A DNA stretch of 64,000 nt from Candidatus Eiseniibacteriota bacterium. Lineage in GTDB: Bacteria > Eisenbacteria > RBG-16-71-46 > CAZAMP01. The translations under genes and the position numbers were made by a program. The first letter of the stretch is position 1. Each line of letters begins with the position of its first letter. The notes beneath the pieces are model-generated. The model saw only the letters and a list, made by a program, of their open reading frames with translations. It made no database searches and had not been told where the DNA came from. Below, piece by piece: positions 28,411 to 38,576 of this stretch. Location: positions 5,312,001 through 5,376,000 of the forward strand of contig OZ245046.1 in assembly GCA_965224245.1 (NCBI GenBank), written 5' to 3'.

Positions 28411-31400
28411 ATGATTTCCCGACGTTCCACGATGGCGAGCGGACGCGCTCTCGAGCGGCTCGCCGTTGTGGTGGTGGCGCTGTCGATGCTGGCGCCGATG
28501 GCCAGGACCGCCGATGCCGAGACGGTCACGTTCCGATGCGAGGCGCCGGGCGCGAACGCGGTCTTCCTGGCGGGGTCGTTCAACGAGTGGTCGCCAACCG
28601 CGCAGGCCATGTCCGACGCGGACGGCGACGGTGTCTTCGAGGTCGCGCTCGACCTCGAGACCGGGGCGTACCCCTACAAGTTCGTGATCGACGGGACCTG
28701 GACCACCGATGAGACGGCCGCCGGGTTCGAGGCCGACCCGTACGGCGGACGGAACTCGATCGTGTACGTCGGCATGGAGCCTCCGGCGCCCGAAGCGGGC
28801 GGGGGCCGGGCGGCATCGCCGACGGGAGCCGCCACCGCCGCCGCGCCCGCGAGCTCGTCCAGGACGCACGACGTCACGTTCCGGTACGAGCCCGTCATCG
28901 GGGGCGAGCGGGACGTCTTCGTCGCCGGGACGTTCAACGGCTGGGTCACCGATCAGGATCGACTCACCGACGCCGATGCGGACGGCGTCTTCACCCTCAC
29001 GATGCCGCTGGCCGAGGGGCGCCACGACTACAAGTTCGTCGTGGACGGCAACTGGATGACCGACGAGAACGCGGTCGAGTTCGCCGACGACGGCTTCGGG
29101 GGCCGGAACTCCGTGCTGATCGTCGACGCCCAGGGCCAGGTGACCCCCGAGCGAGCGCAGGCCGCTCCGGCGGCGGCCGACGGTGCGCTCTACGACGTCA
29201 CGTTCACCCACGTCGCACCCGCCGCGCGCGAGGCGTTCCTCGCCGGCAGCTTCAACGACTGGTCGACCACCGCCACGCCGATGACGCGCTCGGACGACGG
29301 CACGTTCTCGACCACGCTCGTGCTGTCCCCGGGCTCGTATCCTTACAAGTTCGTCGTGGACGGCACCTGGACCACCGACGAGACGGCCGACCAGTTCGTG
29401 GACGACGGCTTCGGGGGCCGGAACTCGGTCATCGTGGTCGACGAGCGGTTCACGTCGGTGCCGCTGGAGCGGGGGGACGGGCTCGTCTACGAGGGCGACA
29501 TCCAGCACACGGGATCGATCGCCGAGTGCAACATGGTCTCGGACACCGAGGTCGTGTTCCGCGCGCGCGCGTATCGCAACGACGTGGACGGCGTCTCGCT
29601 GATGTGCCGCCGGAGCGTGGAGGGGCCGTGGGACGAGCGTCCGATGACGCGTTTCTCCAGCGACGCCGCGTTCGACTACTTCGAGATCACCTACAGCCGG
29701 CCCGACCCGGTCGACGTGGTGAACTACGGCTTCCTGTACCGGGATGGGGACGTGACCCGCTGGCTGGGTCCGCGCGGGTTCGAGGCCGCCGGCGTCACCG
29801 GAACCGCGTTTCTGTTCAACGCCGAGACCGCGGTCGTGCTGGATCCGCCCGGCTGGGTGCGCGACGGCGTCTTCTACCAGATCTTCCCCGATCGCTTCCG
29901 GAACGGCGACAGGAAGAACGATCAGAAGTTCGAGGAGTGGTACTACGAGGGACGCACGCGATTGCCGCGGGTCGGCCCGCAGAACGGCGAGTACTACCAC
30001 TTCGTGAAGGACTGGGACGACTTCTCCGGTCTGGCCGAGAGCCCCTATCGCTCGGACGGGAAGCCCGACTACTTCTCGTTCTACGGCGGCGACATCCAGG
30101 GGGTCATGGACGAGCTCGACTACCTGGCCGACCTCGGCATCACGATCATCTACTTCAACCCGCTGAACGAGGCCCGGTCGAATCACAAGTACGACGCCAC
30201 CGACTACATGACGCTCGACCCCCACTTTGCCGACCCCGAGCTGTTCGCCCGGTTCGTGGCCGAGGCGCACGAGCGGGGGATCCGGATCGTCGTCGACACC
30301 GTGTTCAATCACACCGGCGACACGCACTGGGCGTTTCAGGACGCGGTGAAGAAGGGGCGCGAGTCGGAGTACTGGGACTGGTACGAGTTCAAGCGCTGGC
30401 CGCTTCCCGAGCAGGGCGAGTACGACGCCTCCAGCTACTACGCGTGCTGGTGGGGCTTCGGATCGCTGCCCGACCTCAACTACGACCTCGTGCTCCCCGC
30501 CGATCGCGAGCACACGGTGTCGGACGTCTCGCAGGCCACGCCCAACCAGCCCGTGGTCGACCATCTGCTCGAGGTGGCGACGTTCTGGATCCAGGACATG
30601 GACATCGACGGCTTCCGTCTCGACGTTCCGAACGAGGTGCCGTTCTGGTTCTGGAAGATCTTCTGCGCCGAGGTCCGGCGTCTGAAGTCCGACGTGTACA
30701 TCGTGTGCGAGATCTGGGGAGATGCCACGACCTGGATCACGCCCGACCTCGTGGACGCGACCATGAACTACCGCTACTTCCGCGACCCGGTCCTGCACTG
30801 GATCGGACAGGGACAGGGCAACGCGGTCTCGTTCGATCGCGAGCTGGCGCCCGGCCGCGTCGTGTACGCGCCGCAGTCGCAGCAGGTCATGATGAACCTC
30901 ATCGACAGCCACGACACGGTGCGCTTCCGCACCCAGGCCAGGGGCGACGCGCGGCGGCTGAAGCTCGCGGCGCTGTTCCAGATGACGTACGTCGGAGCGC
31001 CGCACATCTACTACGGCGACGAGGTGGCCATGGAGGGCGGCGCCGACCCCGACTGCCGCCGTCCGTTCCGCTGGAGCTGGACCGAGGATCCGCTGCGCCG
31101 CGACGTGCACGATCACTACGCGAAGCTGATCGACATCCGCAAGCAATGGCGCGCGCTTCGCCGGGGCACGTTCACGCCGCTGGTCGCGTCCGGGAACACG
31201 TACGCGTATCTCCGCCAGGACACCGAGGGATCGGTGGTGGTGGTGCTGAACAACGGCGAGAAGGCAGTCGAGGCCGCAGTGCCGCTGGACGGCGATCGGG
31301 CGGGGGCCGTGTTCGTGGATGCCTTTACAGGAGAACGAGTTAACGCCCAGGGAGGGGAGCTCTCGGTGGCCGTGCCGCCGGTCAGCGGACGGATCTTCAC

Positions 31401-31425
31401 GCTCGCCCATCCGAGCGGGTCCTGA
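28411..31425 (+). CDS. Exported GH13 neopullulanase/cyclomaltodextrinase/amylopullulanase-like enzyme with three N-terminal CBM48 repeats (alternative start 28432)
   Basis: Signal peptide; three AG(S/T)FN.W...YKFV.DG.W..D repeats; FYQIFPDRF, SNHKYD, DGFRLDV, EIW and DSHD catalytic motifs. Confidence 0.92.
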   Translation: MISRRSTMASGRALERLAVVVVALSMLAPMARTADAETVTFRCEAPGANAVFLAGSFNEWSPTAQAMSDADGDGVFEVALDLETGAYPYKFVIDGTWTTDETAAGFEADPYGGRNSIVYVGMEPPAPEAGGGRAASPTGAATAAAPASSSRTHDVTFRYEPVIGGERDVFVAGTFNGWVTDQDRLTDADADGVFTLTMPLAEGRHDYKFVVDGNWMTDENAVEFADDGFGGRNSVLIVDAQGQVTPERAQAAPAAADGALYDVTFTHVAPAAREAFLAGSFNDWSTTATPMTRSDDGTFSTTLVLSPGSYPYKFVVDGTWTTDETADQFVDDGFGGRNSVIVVDERFTSVPLERGDGLVYEGDIQHTGSIAECNMVSDTEVVFRARAYRNDVDGVSLMCRRSVEGPWDERPMTRFSSDAAFDYFEITYSRPDPVDVVNYGFLYRDGDVTRWLGPRGFEAAGVTGTAFLFNAETAVVLDPPGWVRDGVFYQIFPDRFRNGDRKNDQKFEEWYYEGRTRLPRVGPQNGEYYHFVKDWDDFSGLAESPYRSDGKPDYFSFYGGDIQGVMDELDYLADLGITIIYFNPLNEARSNHKYDATDYMTLDPHFADPELFARFVAEAHERGIRIVVDTVFNHTGDTHWAFQDAVKKGRESEYWDWYEFKRWPLPEQGEYDASSYYACWWGFGSLPDLNYDLVLPADREHTVSDVSQATPNQPVVDHLLEVATFWIQDMDIDGFRLDVPNEVPFWFWKIFCAEVRRLKSDVYIVCEIWGDATTWITPDLVDATMNYRYFRDPVLHWIGQGQGNAVSFDRELAPGRVVYAPQSQQVMMNLIDSHDTVRFRTQARGDARRLKLAALFQMTYVGAPHIYYGDEVAMEGGADPDCRRPFRWSWTEDPLRRDVHDHYAKLIDIRKQWRALRRGTFTPLVASGNTYAYLRQDTEGSVVVVLNNGEKAVEAAVPLDGDRAGAVFVDAFTGERVNAQGGELSVAVPPVSGRIFTLAHPSGS
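28522..29440 (+). repeat. Three tandem CBM48-type domain repeats
   Basis: Protein repeats; shared DNA such as GACGACGGCTTCGGGGGCCGGAACTC near 29086 and 29401. Confidence 0.85.
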
Positions 31426-31446
31426 CGCTGGAAAACATGCCAAGAA

Positions 31447-31455
31447 TGCTATAAT
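31447..31455 (+). promoter_or_regulatory. Extended -10 sigma70 promoter
   Basis: TGCTATAAT (TGn-TATAAT) ~95 nt upstream of ATG31549. Confidence 0.7.
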
Positions 31456-31548
31456 GTCCGGGTAACGACGATGCCCAGGCAGCCTCGCCACAGAAGGGGC
31501 AGCACCCGCGGCCACCGCCACGGGGTGCGAAACGCAGGAGGACTGACG

Positions 31549-32286
31549 ATGAAGAAGTCGTTCGAGCTGGCGCTGGCGGTCGCCCTGGTCGCGATGATCG
31601 CGACCTCCGCCGACGCGTTCTACGCTCGAGGCGCGTACTACGCGGATTGGGCCGCCGACGCCGGCAACGAGCTTCGCGACGACGGGACGAACGGCGACAA
31701 GGTGGCCGGCGACGGGATCTTCTCGGGTCTGATCACCGCCGACGTGGTGGCCGGGGACTACGAGTTCAAGGTCGCCAACGCGGACTGGTCGATCTCGTAC
31801 CCCAACAGCAACGTGTGGATCACCACCACCGAGGACAACCAGCAGATCCTGTTCACGTTCGACACGAACACGTACGACGACGGGTGGTTCCCGGCCACGA
31901 ACATCGTCTGGAGCGACGCGCTTCGTCTCGGCTCGAGCTGGGAGATCACCGGCGGAGCTTCCGAGATCGGATCGTGGACGCCGGGCGATGGCGCGGCGGC
32001 GTCGTTCGTGAACGATCGCTGGGAGGTCGTGGTCGACTTCGCGACGACCGGCATGATCGAGTACAAGTGGACGGCGGACGCCGTCTGGACGGTACAGCAG
32101 TTCGGTACCGACGGCGTCGGCAGCAACGCCGACAACATCACCTACGACATCGGCGCCGGCGCGCGCCGCGCTGACCACGTGTTCGCGTTCAACCCGGCCA
32201 ACGGGCGAGGCTACCAGGCCGAGGGATCCACCCCGACGCTGGATGCCTCGTGGAGCCGGATCAAGGAGCTCTACGTCCACGAGTAG
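31549..32286 (+). CDS. Secreted protein with CBM-like modules and C-terminal SWxxIKxxY tail
   Basis: AGGAGG RBS; signal peptide; LRDDGTNGDKVAGDGIF loop; YEFKV and IGSWTP..IEYKW modules; ends TLDASWSRIKELYVHE. Confidence 0.82.
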   Translation: MKKSFELALAVALVAMIATSADAFYARGAYYADWAADAGNELRDDGTNGDKVAGDGIFSGLITADVVAGDYEFKVANADWSISYPNSNVWITTTEDNQQILFTFDTNTYDDGWFPATNIVWSDALRLGSSWEITGGASEIGSWTPGDGAAASFVNDRWEVVVDFATTGMIEYKWTADAVWTVQQFGTDGVGSNADNITYDIGAGARRADHVFAFNPANGRGYQAEGSTPTLDASWSRIKELYVHE

Positions 32287-32309
32287 AGGCTCACCGGCTC
32301 GAATTCGAC

Positions 32310-32346
32310 GTGGCGGAGCGCTACGATGTGGCGCTCCGCCATTTTT
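32310..32346 (+). terminator. Rho-independent terminator
   Basis: TGGCGGAGCGCTAC-gat-GTGGCGCTCCGCCA followed by TTTTT. Confidence 0.8.
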
Positions 32347-32389
32347 GTGCCGCAAACCGTCGCGTCCCGAGAGCCCGGGAGTCCGTCAG

Positions 32390-33664
32390 ATGTCGCGTTC
32401 CGAGATCCGTATTCCCATCACGGCGCCGCGCTGGGTGCGCGACGGTTTCGTCTACGAGGCCTTCCCCCGTTGCCACGGCCCTCGCGGCACGCTCGACGAC
32501 GTCATCGACGATCTCGACCGGCTGCGGACGCTCGGCGTGCGCACGCTGTGGCTGATGCCGGTCCATCCGATCGGATGCGAGCGGCGCAAGGGGACGTGGG
32601 GCTCGCCGTACGCCGTGCGCGACTACACGCGCGTGGATCCGCTCCTGGGCGGCGACGACGCGCTGATCCGGCTCGTCGAGCGCGCGCACGATCGGTCGAT
32701 CCGTGTGATCGTCGACTGGGTGGCCAATCACGCTGCGTGGGACAACACGCTTCGCGAGCGTCACCCGGACTGGTTCCGGCGCAACGCGGCGGGCCGGCGA
32801 CATCCCCCGGTTCCCGACTGGGACGACGTGATCGACCTCGACTACCGATCCCGCGCGCTTCGCGAGTACATGTCCGCCTGCATGATCGACTGGGTTCGCC
32901 TTTTCGATCTCGACGGCTTTCGCTGCGACGTGGCGGCGATGATCCCCATGGACTTCTGGCGCGAGACGATCGCGCGCGCCGACATGGTGAAGCGGGATCT
33001 GTTCTGGCTGGCCGAGGCCGAGGGCCGGATCGTGCACGATCGGGCGTTTCACGCCACGTACGACTGGAGCCTGTACGGGGCGCTGGTCGAGGTCGCCCGC
33101 GGCCGGCGTCCCGCGGCCGACGTCGCGCGTGTGGTCGCGCGGAGCGAGCGCGAGCTTCCCGAGGGGGCGTTGCGACTCTCGTTCGTGGAGAACCACGACA
33201 AGACGCGCGCGGTCTCCGTGTTCGGGCTCCGACGTGCGCGCGCGGCTTTCGTGCTGACGATGTTCCTGCCCGGACTGCCACTGGTGTACGCGGGTCAGGA
33301 GCGAGGCGCCGAGGGGTGGACATCGATCTTCGAGCGCGGGCCGATCGACGGCGGCGACGCGGAGTGGGAGTCGGAGGTGGCCCGTCTGGCCGCCGTCCGG
33401 AGCGCGTCGCCCGCGCTGGCGGCCGGGTCGTTTCGACCGCTGGCGACGACCGAGCCCCGGTCGCTGGTCGCGTTCGAACGCGCCGGCGCCGGAGAGCGCA
33501 TCGTGTGCGTGGCCAACCTCGGCTCGCGTCCGGCGGCGCTCGTGCTGGAGGACGCCGCCGGCGGGCGCGACCTGATGACCGACACGACGATGACGCTCGA
33601 TCCGGGTCGCCCCGCCGTGCTCGCGCCGGATGAGGTGATCGCGGTCCGGCTCGGAGTCTCCTGA
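32390..33664 (+). CDS. Cytoplasmic GH13 alpha-amylase family hydrolase
   Basis: GSPYAVRDY, DWVANH, DGFRCDVA, LAE and ENHD motifs; no signal peptide. Confidence 0.9.
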   Translation: MSRSEIRIPITAPRWVRDGFVYEAFPRCHGPRGTLDDVIDDLDRLRTLGVRTLWLMPVHPIGCERRKGTWGSPYAVRDYTRVDPLLGGDDALIRLVERAHDRSIRVIVDWVANHAAWDNTLRERHPDWFRRNAAGRRHPPVPDWDDVIDLDYRSRALREYMSACMIDWVRLFDLDGFRCDVAAMIPMDFWRETIARADMVKRDLFWLAEAEGRIVHDRAFHATYDWSLYGALVEVARGRRPAADVARVVARSERELPEGALRLSFVENHDKTRAVSVFGLRRARAAFVLTMFLPGLPLVYAGQERGAEGWTSIFERGPIDGGDAEWESEVARLAAVRSASPALAAGSFRPLATTEPRSLVAFERAGAGERIVCVANLGSRPAALVLEDAAGGRDLMTDTTMTLDPGRPAVLAPDEVIAVRLGVS

Positions 33665-33739
33665 GGCTGCCGGGCGTCCCGCGGTCGTCCGCACCGACGC
33701 GTCGCCAGCGGCATCCACGCCTCGACTCGCGTCCCGCCT

Positions 33740-34087
33740 CTACGAGTTGACACAGGGCAGGCAGTCGAGGACGTCGATCCGCGTCGTCCGGCCCTCCTGG
33801 GTCTTCACGTCGAAGTCCTGGAACAGCGGCGGACCGCCCCCGTTCACGTAGGCGCGGAGCGTGTAGCGGCCCGGGGGCACGGTGAAGTCGGCGAGGCCGT
33901 CGGCGTCCGTGAGCGCTTCCAGGTCCAGCTCGACGACCTGGAGCCGCCGGTCGGGAAGTCCCTCGTCGTCCCAGTACACGAACACCTGGATGTGGCTGTC
34001 GTCCGGCGGCGTCTCGGTCGGGCTCTCGTCGCACGAGAGGCCCGCGATGCAGAGAGCCGCGGACATGACGATCGGGGTTACTCGCAT
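33740..34087 (-). CDS. Small lipoprotein with a beta-sandwich (carboxypeptidase-regulatory-like) domain
   Basis: GGAGGAGG RBS; lipobox GLSC; TDADG...PPGRYTL. Confidence 0.7.
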   Translation of the reverse strand: MRVTPIVMSAALCIAGLSCDESPTETPPDDSHIQVFVYWDDEGLPDRRLQVVELDLEALTDADGLADFTVPPGRYTLRAYVNGGGPPLFQDFDVKTQEGRTTRIDVLDCLPCVNS

Positions 34088-34431
34088 CCGATCCTCCTCC
34101 CGCGTCGCTCCACCGCGCGACACGGCGATTCTAGCACCCGGCGTCTCTGGTACGAACGCCGCCACGAGGAGGTTCCCACGCTCACGATCAGCAACGCGTC
34201 CAGCTGATCGACCCGACCGACGCGCCACTCGGGTGCTCGACCCGGCGCGACGAACGACGATCGAATCCTCACATTTTCGTCCAACCGGTTACGGACGCGT
34301 CCGGCGCACGTACCATTGGCGGTGACGGTACGTCGATGCCGAGCCGCGCGGGGCACCCGGCCGGGCCCCGACCGTCCACCGCCGGCCGGTGGGTGCTCGA
34401 GCGCCGCTCTCGACCCAGCGGAGGAAGAGCC

Positions 34432-36705
34432 ATGGAACACGCACGGCCGAGCCCCGAACGGGTGACCCGTCGAGTCACCACGTCCGCCCTCGCGATCGGA
34501 GTCTCCTTTGCCCTCTGGCTCCTGACCGCCGCTCCTCCATCGCTCGCCGGCACGCGGTCCGACCTCGCCCGCCGGGCCGGGACGGCGCTCGAGTTCGTCG
34601 GCAGCTGGCCCTACGGTCCCACGTACGCGGTCGACGTGGACGCCGAGCGTGACCTGATCTTCATCGGCTCGGGCGGCGCGGTGCTCGTGCTCGACGGGAC
34701 CGATCGCACGAACCCCACGCTGATCACCGACGACGTCCGCACGGTCGGCCTCGTCGAGGATCTCTTCTACGACGCGGACGATCGCGACCTCTACGTGGCC
34801 GCTGGCGACGGTGGGCTCGAGATCTGGAACCTGGACACGCCTTCGGCGCCGGCGAGGCTGAGTCGCACCGAGGTGCTGTACGCCGACGTCGAGACACCTG
34901 TGCGCGAGGTGGACGTGTACGGCGAGTGCGCGGTCGTGGAGTGCTCGTGGGGGTACGTGCACTCGCTCGACGTGTCCGATCCGGCGAACCCCGTGCACGT
35001 GTCGCTGAACGGCACGATGGGGAACCCGTCACACGACATCTACGTGTCGCCGGATGGCCAGGCGCACACCACCGGCGCGCAGCGCTATCAGCGGCTCGAC
35101 ATCTCCACCGGCGGCGTGCTTCTCGGCTCCGGCGCGCACGACTTCACGTACGGTGCCGGCGCGGTCTACGGGACCGACGAGGTCGCGTACGTCAGCTACG
35201 AGGGCAATCTCTGGATTCTGGATCTGTTCGCACCCGGGTTCCCGGCCTGGAGCGTGACCGACGTGGACGGCATCGCCGACCTCGTCGTACACGATGGGAT
35301 CGCCTACATCATCAACGACGGCGGCCTTCACGTGTGGAACGTGACCGACCACCGGAACCCGTTCCACGTGGGCTCGACCGGCGGCAGCTATCTGGCCAGG
35401 AAGCTCGTGGTGGCCGAGGGGTACGCATACGTCGCCGAGAGCCACCTGGGCGTCCGCATCATCGAGATCGGCGACGGGACCGCGCCGGTGGAGGTGGGGC
35501 GATACCGGACGTTGTCGGTGACCTACGACACCGTGGTGCAGGGCGACCATGCCTATCTCGCACACGGCTCGGACGGCCTCATCGTCGTCGACCTGAGCGA
35601 TCCGACCCTCCCCGAGACCGCCGCCCAGCTCCCGTTCCTCGGCCCGAGCTACGACGTCACGCTCGACGGAGACCACGCCTACGTGGCCAACGTCGGTAGC
35701 GGGGTCAGCGTCGTCGACATCAGCGACCCGACGAACCCGGTGGAGGTGGGGCGGCACGACGCGTACAGCACCTATCGCATCGACGTCGCGAACGGGATGG
35801 CATACGTGGTGGAGTCCACGCCGTCGCCGGAGATCCTCCACGTGGTCGACGTGAGCGATCCCACCGCGCCCATCGAGCGGGGATCGCTCCACATGTACGA
35901 CTTCATCTGGGAGGTGTTCGTCGTCGGCGATCTCGTGTACGTGGCCAACGACGATCTCGGCCTTCGCATCGTCGATGCGTCGGACCCGGCCACGCCGAGG
36001 GTGATCGGCACCTACGCGGCGGGCAGCGTCCACGACGTGCAGGTCGTGGGGAGTCTCGCGCACGTGACGTCGGCCGAGTTCGGAGGCGGCTATCTCGTTC
36101 TCGACGTGACCGATCGCACGAGCCCATCGCTCGTCACGCTCTACAATCCGTCGGGCTGGCTGCACCCGTTCCACGTGGCGGTCGCCGGAGACGTGACGTA
36201 CCTGGGCGAACCGCAGGGTCTGCCCGGCATTCACGTCCTCGACGTGTCCGACGTCGAGAACCCGGTCGAGCTGGAGGAGATCGTTCCGCCGGGAGATCTG
36301 TTCAACCTCACCGCGGCGGGGAACCGTCTCTACGTGTCGGACGGCGCGGCGGGGGTCCAGATCTTCGTCAACGAGTCGGTGGTAGCGGTCGGCGAGGGTC
36401 CGGGCTCGGGAGCTCTGCACCCGGGTATTGCGCGCGTGTGGAATGCGCCGAGCCCGTTCGCGCCGTCGACGGCGTTCCGGATCGTTCCGCATGACCGTAT
36501 GGAGAACGCGCGGCTGGTGGTCTACGACGCGCTGGGGCGTGAGGTGAGACGGTTTCCGATCGGCGCGCTGCCGGCGTCGGGCGCGGAGATCGTCTGGGAC
36601 GGACGCGACGACGCGGGGCGCGTGTTACCCGCGGGGGTCTACTACTACCGTCTGGTTCACGCCGGCGGGAGGTCGGCGGCGCGCCGGACGATGATCATCC
36701 GATGA
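34432..36705 (+). CDS. Secreted LVIVD-repeat beta-propeller protein with C-terminal FlgD-Ig-like domain
   Basis: Many AYVA...GLxVVDVSDP repeats; PSPF...YDALGREV...WDGRD...GVYYYRL tail. Confidence 0.88.
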   Translation: MEHARPSPERVTRRVTTSALAIGVSFALWLLTAAPPSLAGTRSDLARRAGTALEFVGSWPYGPTYAVDVDAERDLIFIGSGGAVLVLDGTDRTNPTLITDDVRTVGLVEDLFYDADDRDLYVAAGDGGLEIWNLDTPSAPARLSRTEVLYADVETPVREVDVYGECAVVECSWGYVHSLDVSDPANPVHVSLNGTMGNPSHDIYVSPDGQAHTTGAQRYQRLDISTGGVLLGSGAHDFTYGAGAVYGTDEVAYVSYEGNLWILDLFAPGFPAWSVTDVDGIADLVVHDGIAYIINDGGLHVWNVTDHRNPFHVGSTGGSYLARKLVVAEGYAYVAESHLGVRIIEIGDGTAPVEVGRYRTLSVTYDTVVQGDHAYLAHGSDGLIVVDLSDPTLPETAAQLPFLGPSYDVTLDGDHAYVANVGSGVSVVDISDPTNPVEVGRHDAYSTYRIDVANGMAYVVESTPSPEILHVVDVSDPTAPIERGSLHMYDFIWEVFVVGDLVYVANDDLGLRIVDASDPATPRVIGTYAAGSVHDVQVVGSLAHVTSAEFGGGYLVLDVTDRTSPSLVTLYNPSGWLHPFHVAVAGDVTYLGEPQGLPGIHVLDVSDVENPVELEEIVPPGDLFNLTAAGNRLYVSDGAAGVQIFVNESVVAVGEGPGSGALHPGIARVWNAPSPFAPSTAFRIVPHDRMENARLVVYDALGREVRRFPIGALPASGAEIVWDGRDDAGRVLPAGVYYYRLVHAGGRSAARRTMIIR

Positions 36706-36764
36706 TGCGACGCGTTCGGGCGCCGAGCGGTGCCCGACCGTGTCTGCCCCGGGTGATCGAGCGC

Positions 36765-37208
36765 TCAGATCCAGCGCCGCACCCGCGTGCGGTACGTCAC
36801 CCACGCCTCTGGATGGGAGACGGCGAGCATGGCTTCCTCGTGCCGGATGAACGCGCGCTGCATGATGACCAGGAACACGATCCAGGGCAGGAGCGCGGCC
36901 ACCGAGCCCAGGATCCAGCCGAGTCCCAGGAGGATCATCACGAAGCCGAGGTACATCGGATTCCGGGACCAGCGAAAGGGGCCGGAGGTCACGAGGGTCG
37001 TGGATTCCTGGAACGGCTTCACGGTGGTCCGGTGGGTCTTGAAGAGGCCGTCCGCCCAGGCGAGAAGGCGGAGACCGACGGCGACCGGAAGTGCGCCGAG
37101 CCATCGCCAGGGTCCGGTGACGAGCTGGCGGAGGGGGCCGAGGAAATGAAGTCCCGCGACGAGTGCCACGAAGACGAAGAAGATCGCGGGCGGCATTGGA
37201 CGCTTCAT
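36765..37208 (-). CDS. Isoprenylcysteine carboxylmethyltransferase/PEMT family membrane protein
   Basis: LVTSGPFRWSRNPMYLG...EE..L...Y...VRRWI. Confidence 0.88.
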   Translation of the reverse strand: MKRPMPPAIFFVFVALVAGLHFLGPLRQLVTGPWRWLGALPVAVGLRLLAWADGLFKTHRTTVKPFQESTTLVTSGPFRWSRNPMYLGFVMILLGLGWILGSVAALLPWIVFLVIMQRAFIRHEEAMLAVSHPEAWVTYRTRVRRWI

Positions 37209-37305
37209 GTCGGATGCCCTCGAGGAATACCCGGGTATTGACGGGAGCGGCGGTGTCTCGTCGGAGGCGATCGCTAACGACCGTACCGCACGGCGGCGAA
37301 CGCCG

Positions 37306-37800
37306 TCACGTCGAGAACACGAACACGTCCCCCGGTGACCAGACGTGGTCCCGGGATGCGCGGTAGCCGCGGAGCCACGGCACGCCGTCGGCGCGGCGCA
37401 GGTAGAAGCCCTTCGGGGTCTCGTCGCCGTCGTCGAGCGGGGGTGATGCGACGGTGATCGAGCCGGGCGGTGCCCGGCCATGGGTCAGCGGACCGCCGTC
37501 GCCGCTCTCGCGCTGATCGGGGAGCTGCATGCGAAGATGAGGCGCCAGCTCGAGCGGGCACTCGGTGAGCGCTCGGTCGAGCGCCCGTGCGACGAGCTCT
37601 GCGTAGGTCGCTCCCTCGTAGAAGCCGAGCTCGGCCACGGAGATCGTCTCGATCTCCACGACACGGCGCCCGGGGAGCGTCGTGAACCGGGGGTCCTGAA
37701 GCAGAGCCTCGGCGGCGTCGTTCAGCTGAACGCCGTGCTCACGTAGCGCGGCGAGCAGCTCCGCTCCGCCTGTGCCGCCGATGGTGACGCTTCCCATCAT
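37306..37800 (-). CDS. Conserved hypothetical protein
   Basis: Globular ORF with GC-type codon usage; LTECPLELAPHLR and PKGFYLRR...WLRGY; ATGA coupling to the upstream gene. Confidence 0.7.
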   Translation of the reverse strand: MMGSVTIGGTGGAELLAALREHGVQLNDAAEALLQDPRFTTLPGRRVVEIETISVAELGFYEGATYAELVARALDRALTECPLELAPHLRMQLPDQRESGDGGPLTHGRAPPGSITVASPPLDDGDETPKGFYLRRADGVPWLRGYRASRDHVWSPGDVFVFST

Positions 37801-38576
37801 TCCTCGGTCGACGTCTCGACGAGTATCGTCGGCTGCAACGAGGGCGGCGGCTCGAGCTCCCCGCCGAACGTCACCAGGATCTCCTCGAACCGTCCGGGCT
37901 CCCACCCGTTCCGGCTCACGAGCCACGTCTCCACGAACCTCGCCACCGCCAGACGCGCCTCCTCCCGGATCGCCCGGATGGCGCGGTCCGAACCGGCGCG
38001 CACGCCCAGCTCGTGGGTGATGCTCTGCTCGAGCTCCTCCAGGTTCTTCTGTCCGTCCCACCGTGCCCAGCCGGCCTGGGTCCGCTTCCGGACGCCCCGG
38101 GTATCGAACGCCACCGGCAGCGTGGGCCGAATGTCGGGTGCGACCACGGTGAGTCGATTTCCGTCGGCGGTCAGCCGCCACTCGTCGAGGAGATCGATGT
38201 GGTAGCGATACGTCGCCGGCACGTCGATCTCGGAGACCGTCGTTCCCAGCGGCAGCGTTCGGCCGAACATCTGAACGTTCGACGAGCGGCTGAAGTTCTC
38301 CGTGGCCGTGGCCGTTGCCACCTCGAGGAGGTTGCCGTCGGTGCCCTTCGCCTCCATCTCTCGAAAGACGGCGAAGGTCTGGATCACCTCCTCGGGATCG
38401 AAGGCGCTGGCGATCTCGACGGCGGTCTCACGGCCGGCGTCGATGCCCTGCTTCGCCAGCCAGATCCAGGACAGGAGCCCGATGAGTCCCGCGACGACGA
38501 GAACGACGAATGCCCAGAACAGGCTTCCTCTCCCCCGAACGGGTTCGGTCACGACGCCGGGACGTTCCTCGCTCAT
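37797..38576 (-). CDS. Membrane-anchored hypothetical protein, DUF4230-like
   Basis: N-terminal TM; PATYRYHIDL...LTVVAP pattern; GGGGAG RBS. Confidence 0.65.
   Translation of the reverse strand: MSEERPGVVTEPVRGRGSLFWAFVVLVVAGLIGLLSWIWLAKQGIDAGRETAVEIASAFDPEEVIQTFAVFREMEAKGTDGNLLEVATATATENFSRSSNVQMFGRTLPLGTTVSEIDVPATYRYHIDLLDEWRLTADGNRLTVVAPDIRPTLPVAFDTRGVRKRTQAGWARWDGQKNLEELEQSITHELGVRAGSDRAIRAIREEARLAVARFVETWLVSRNGWEPGRFEEILVTFGGELEPPPSLQPTILVETSTEE

Noticed and set aside
28357-32355. Very long antisense and alternative-frame ORFs (e.g. 28357..32355 -, 43981..48255 -, 7333..10116 +, 16782..19316 -)
   Set aside because: They mirror well-supported genes, are Arg/Val/Ala-rich without motifs, and are expected shadows in high-GC DNA
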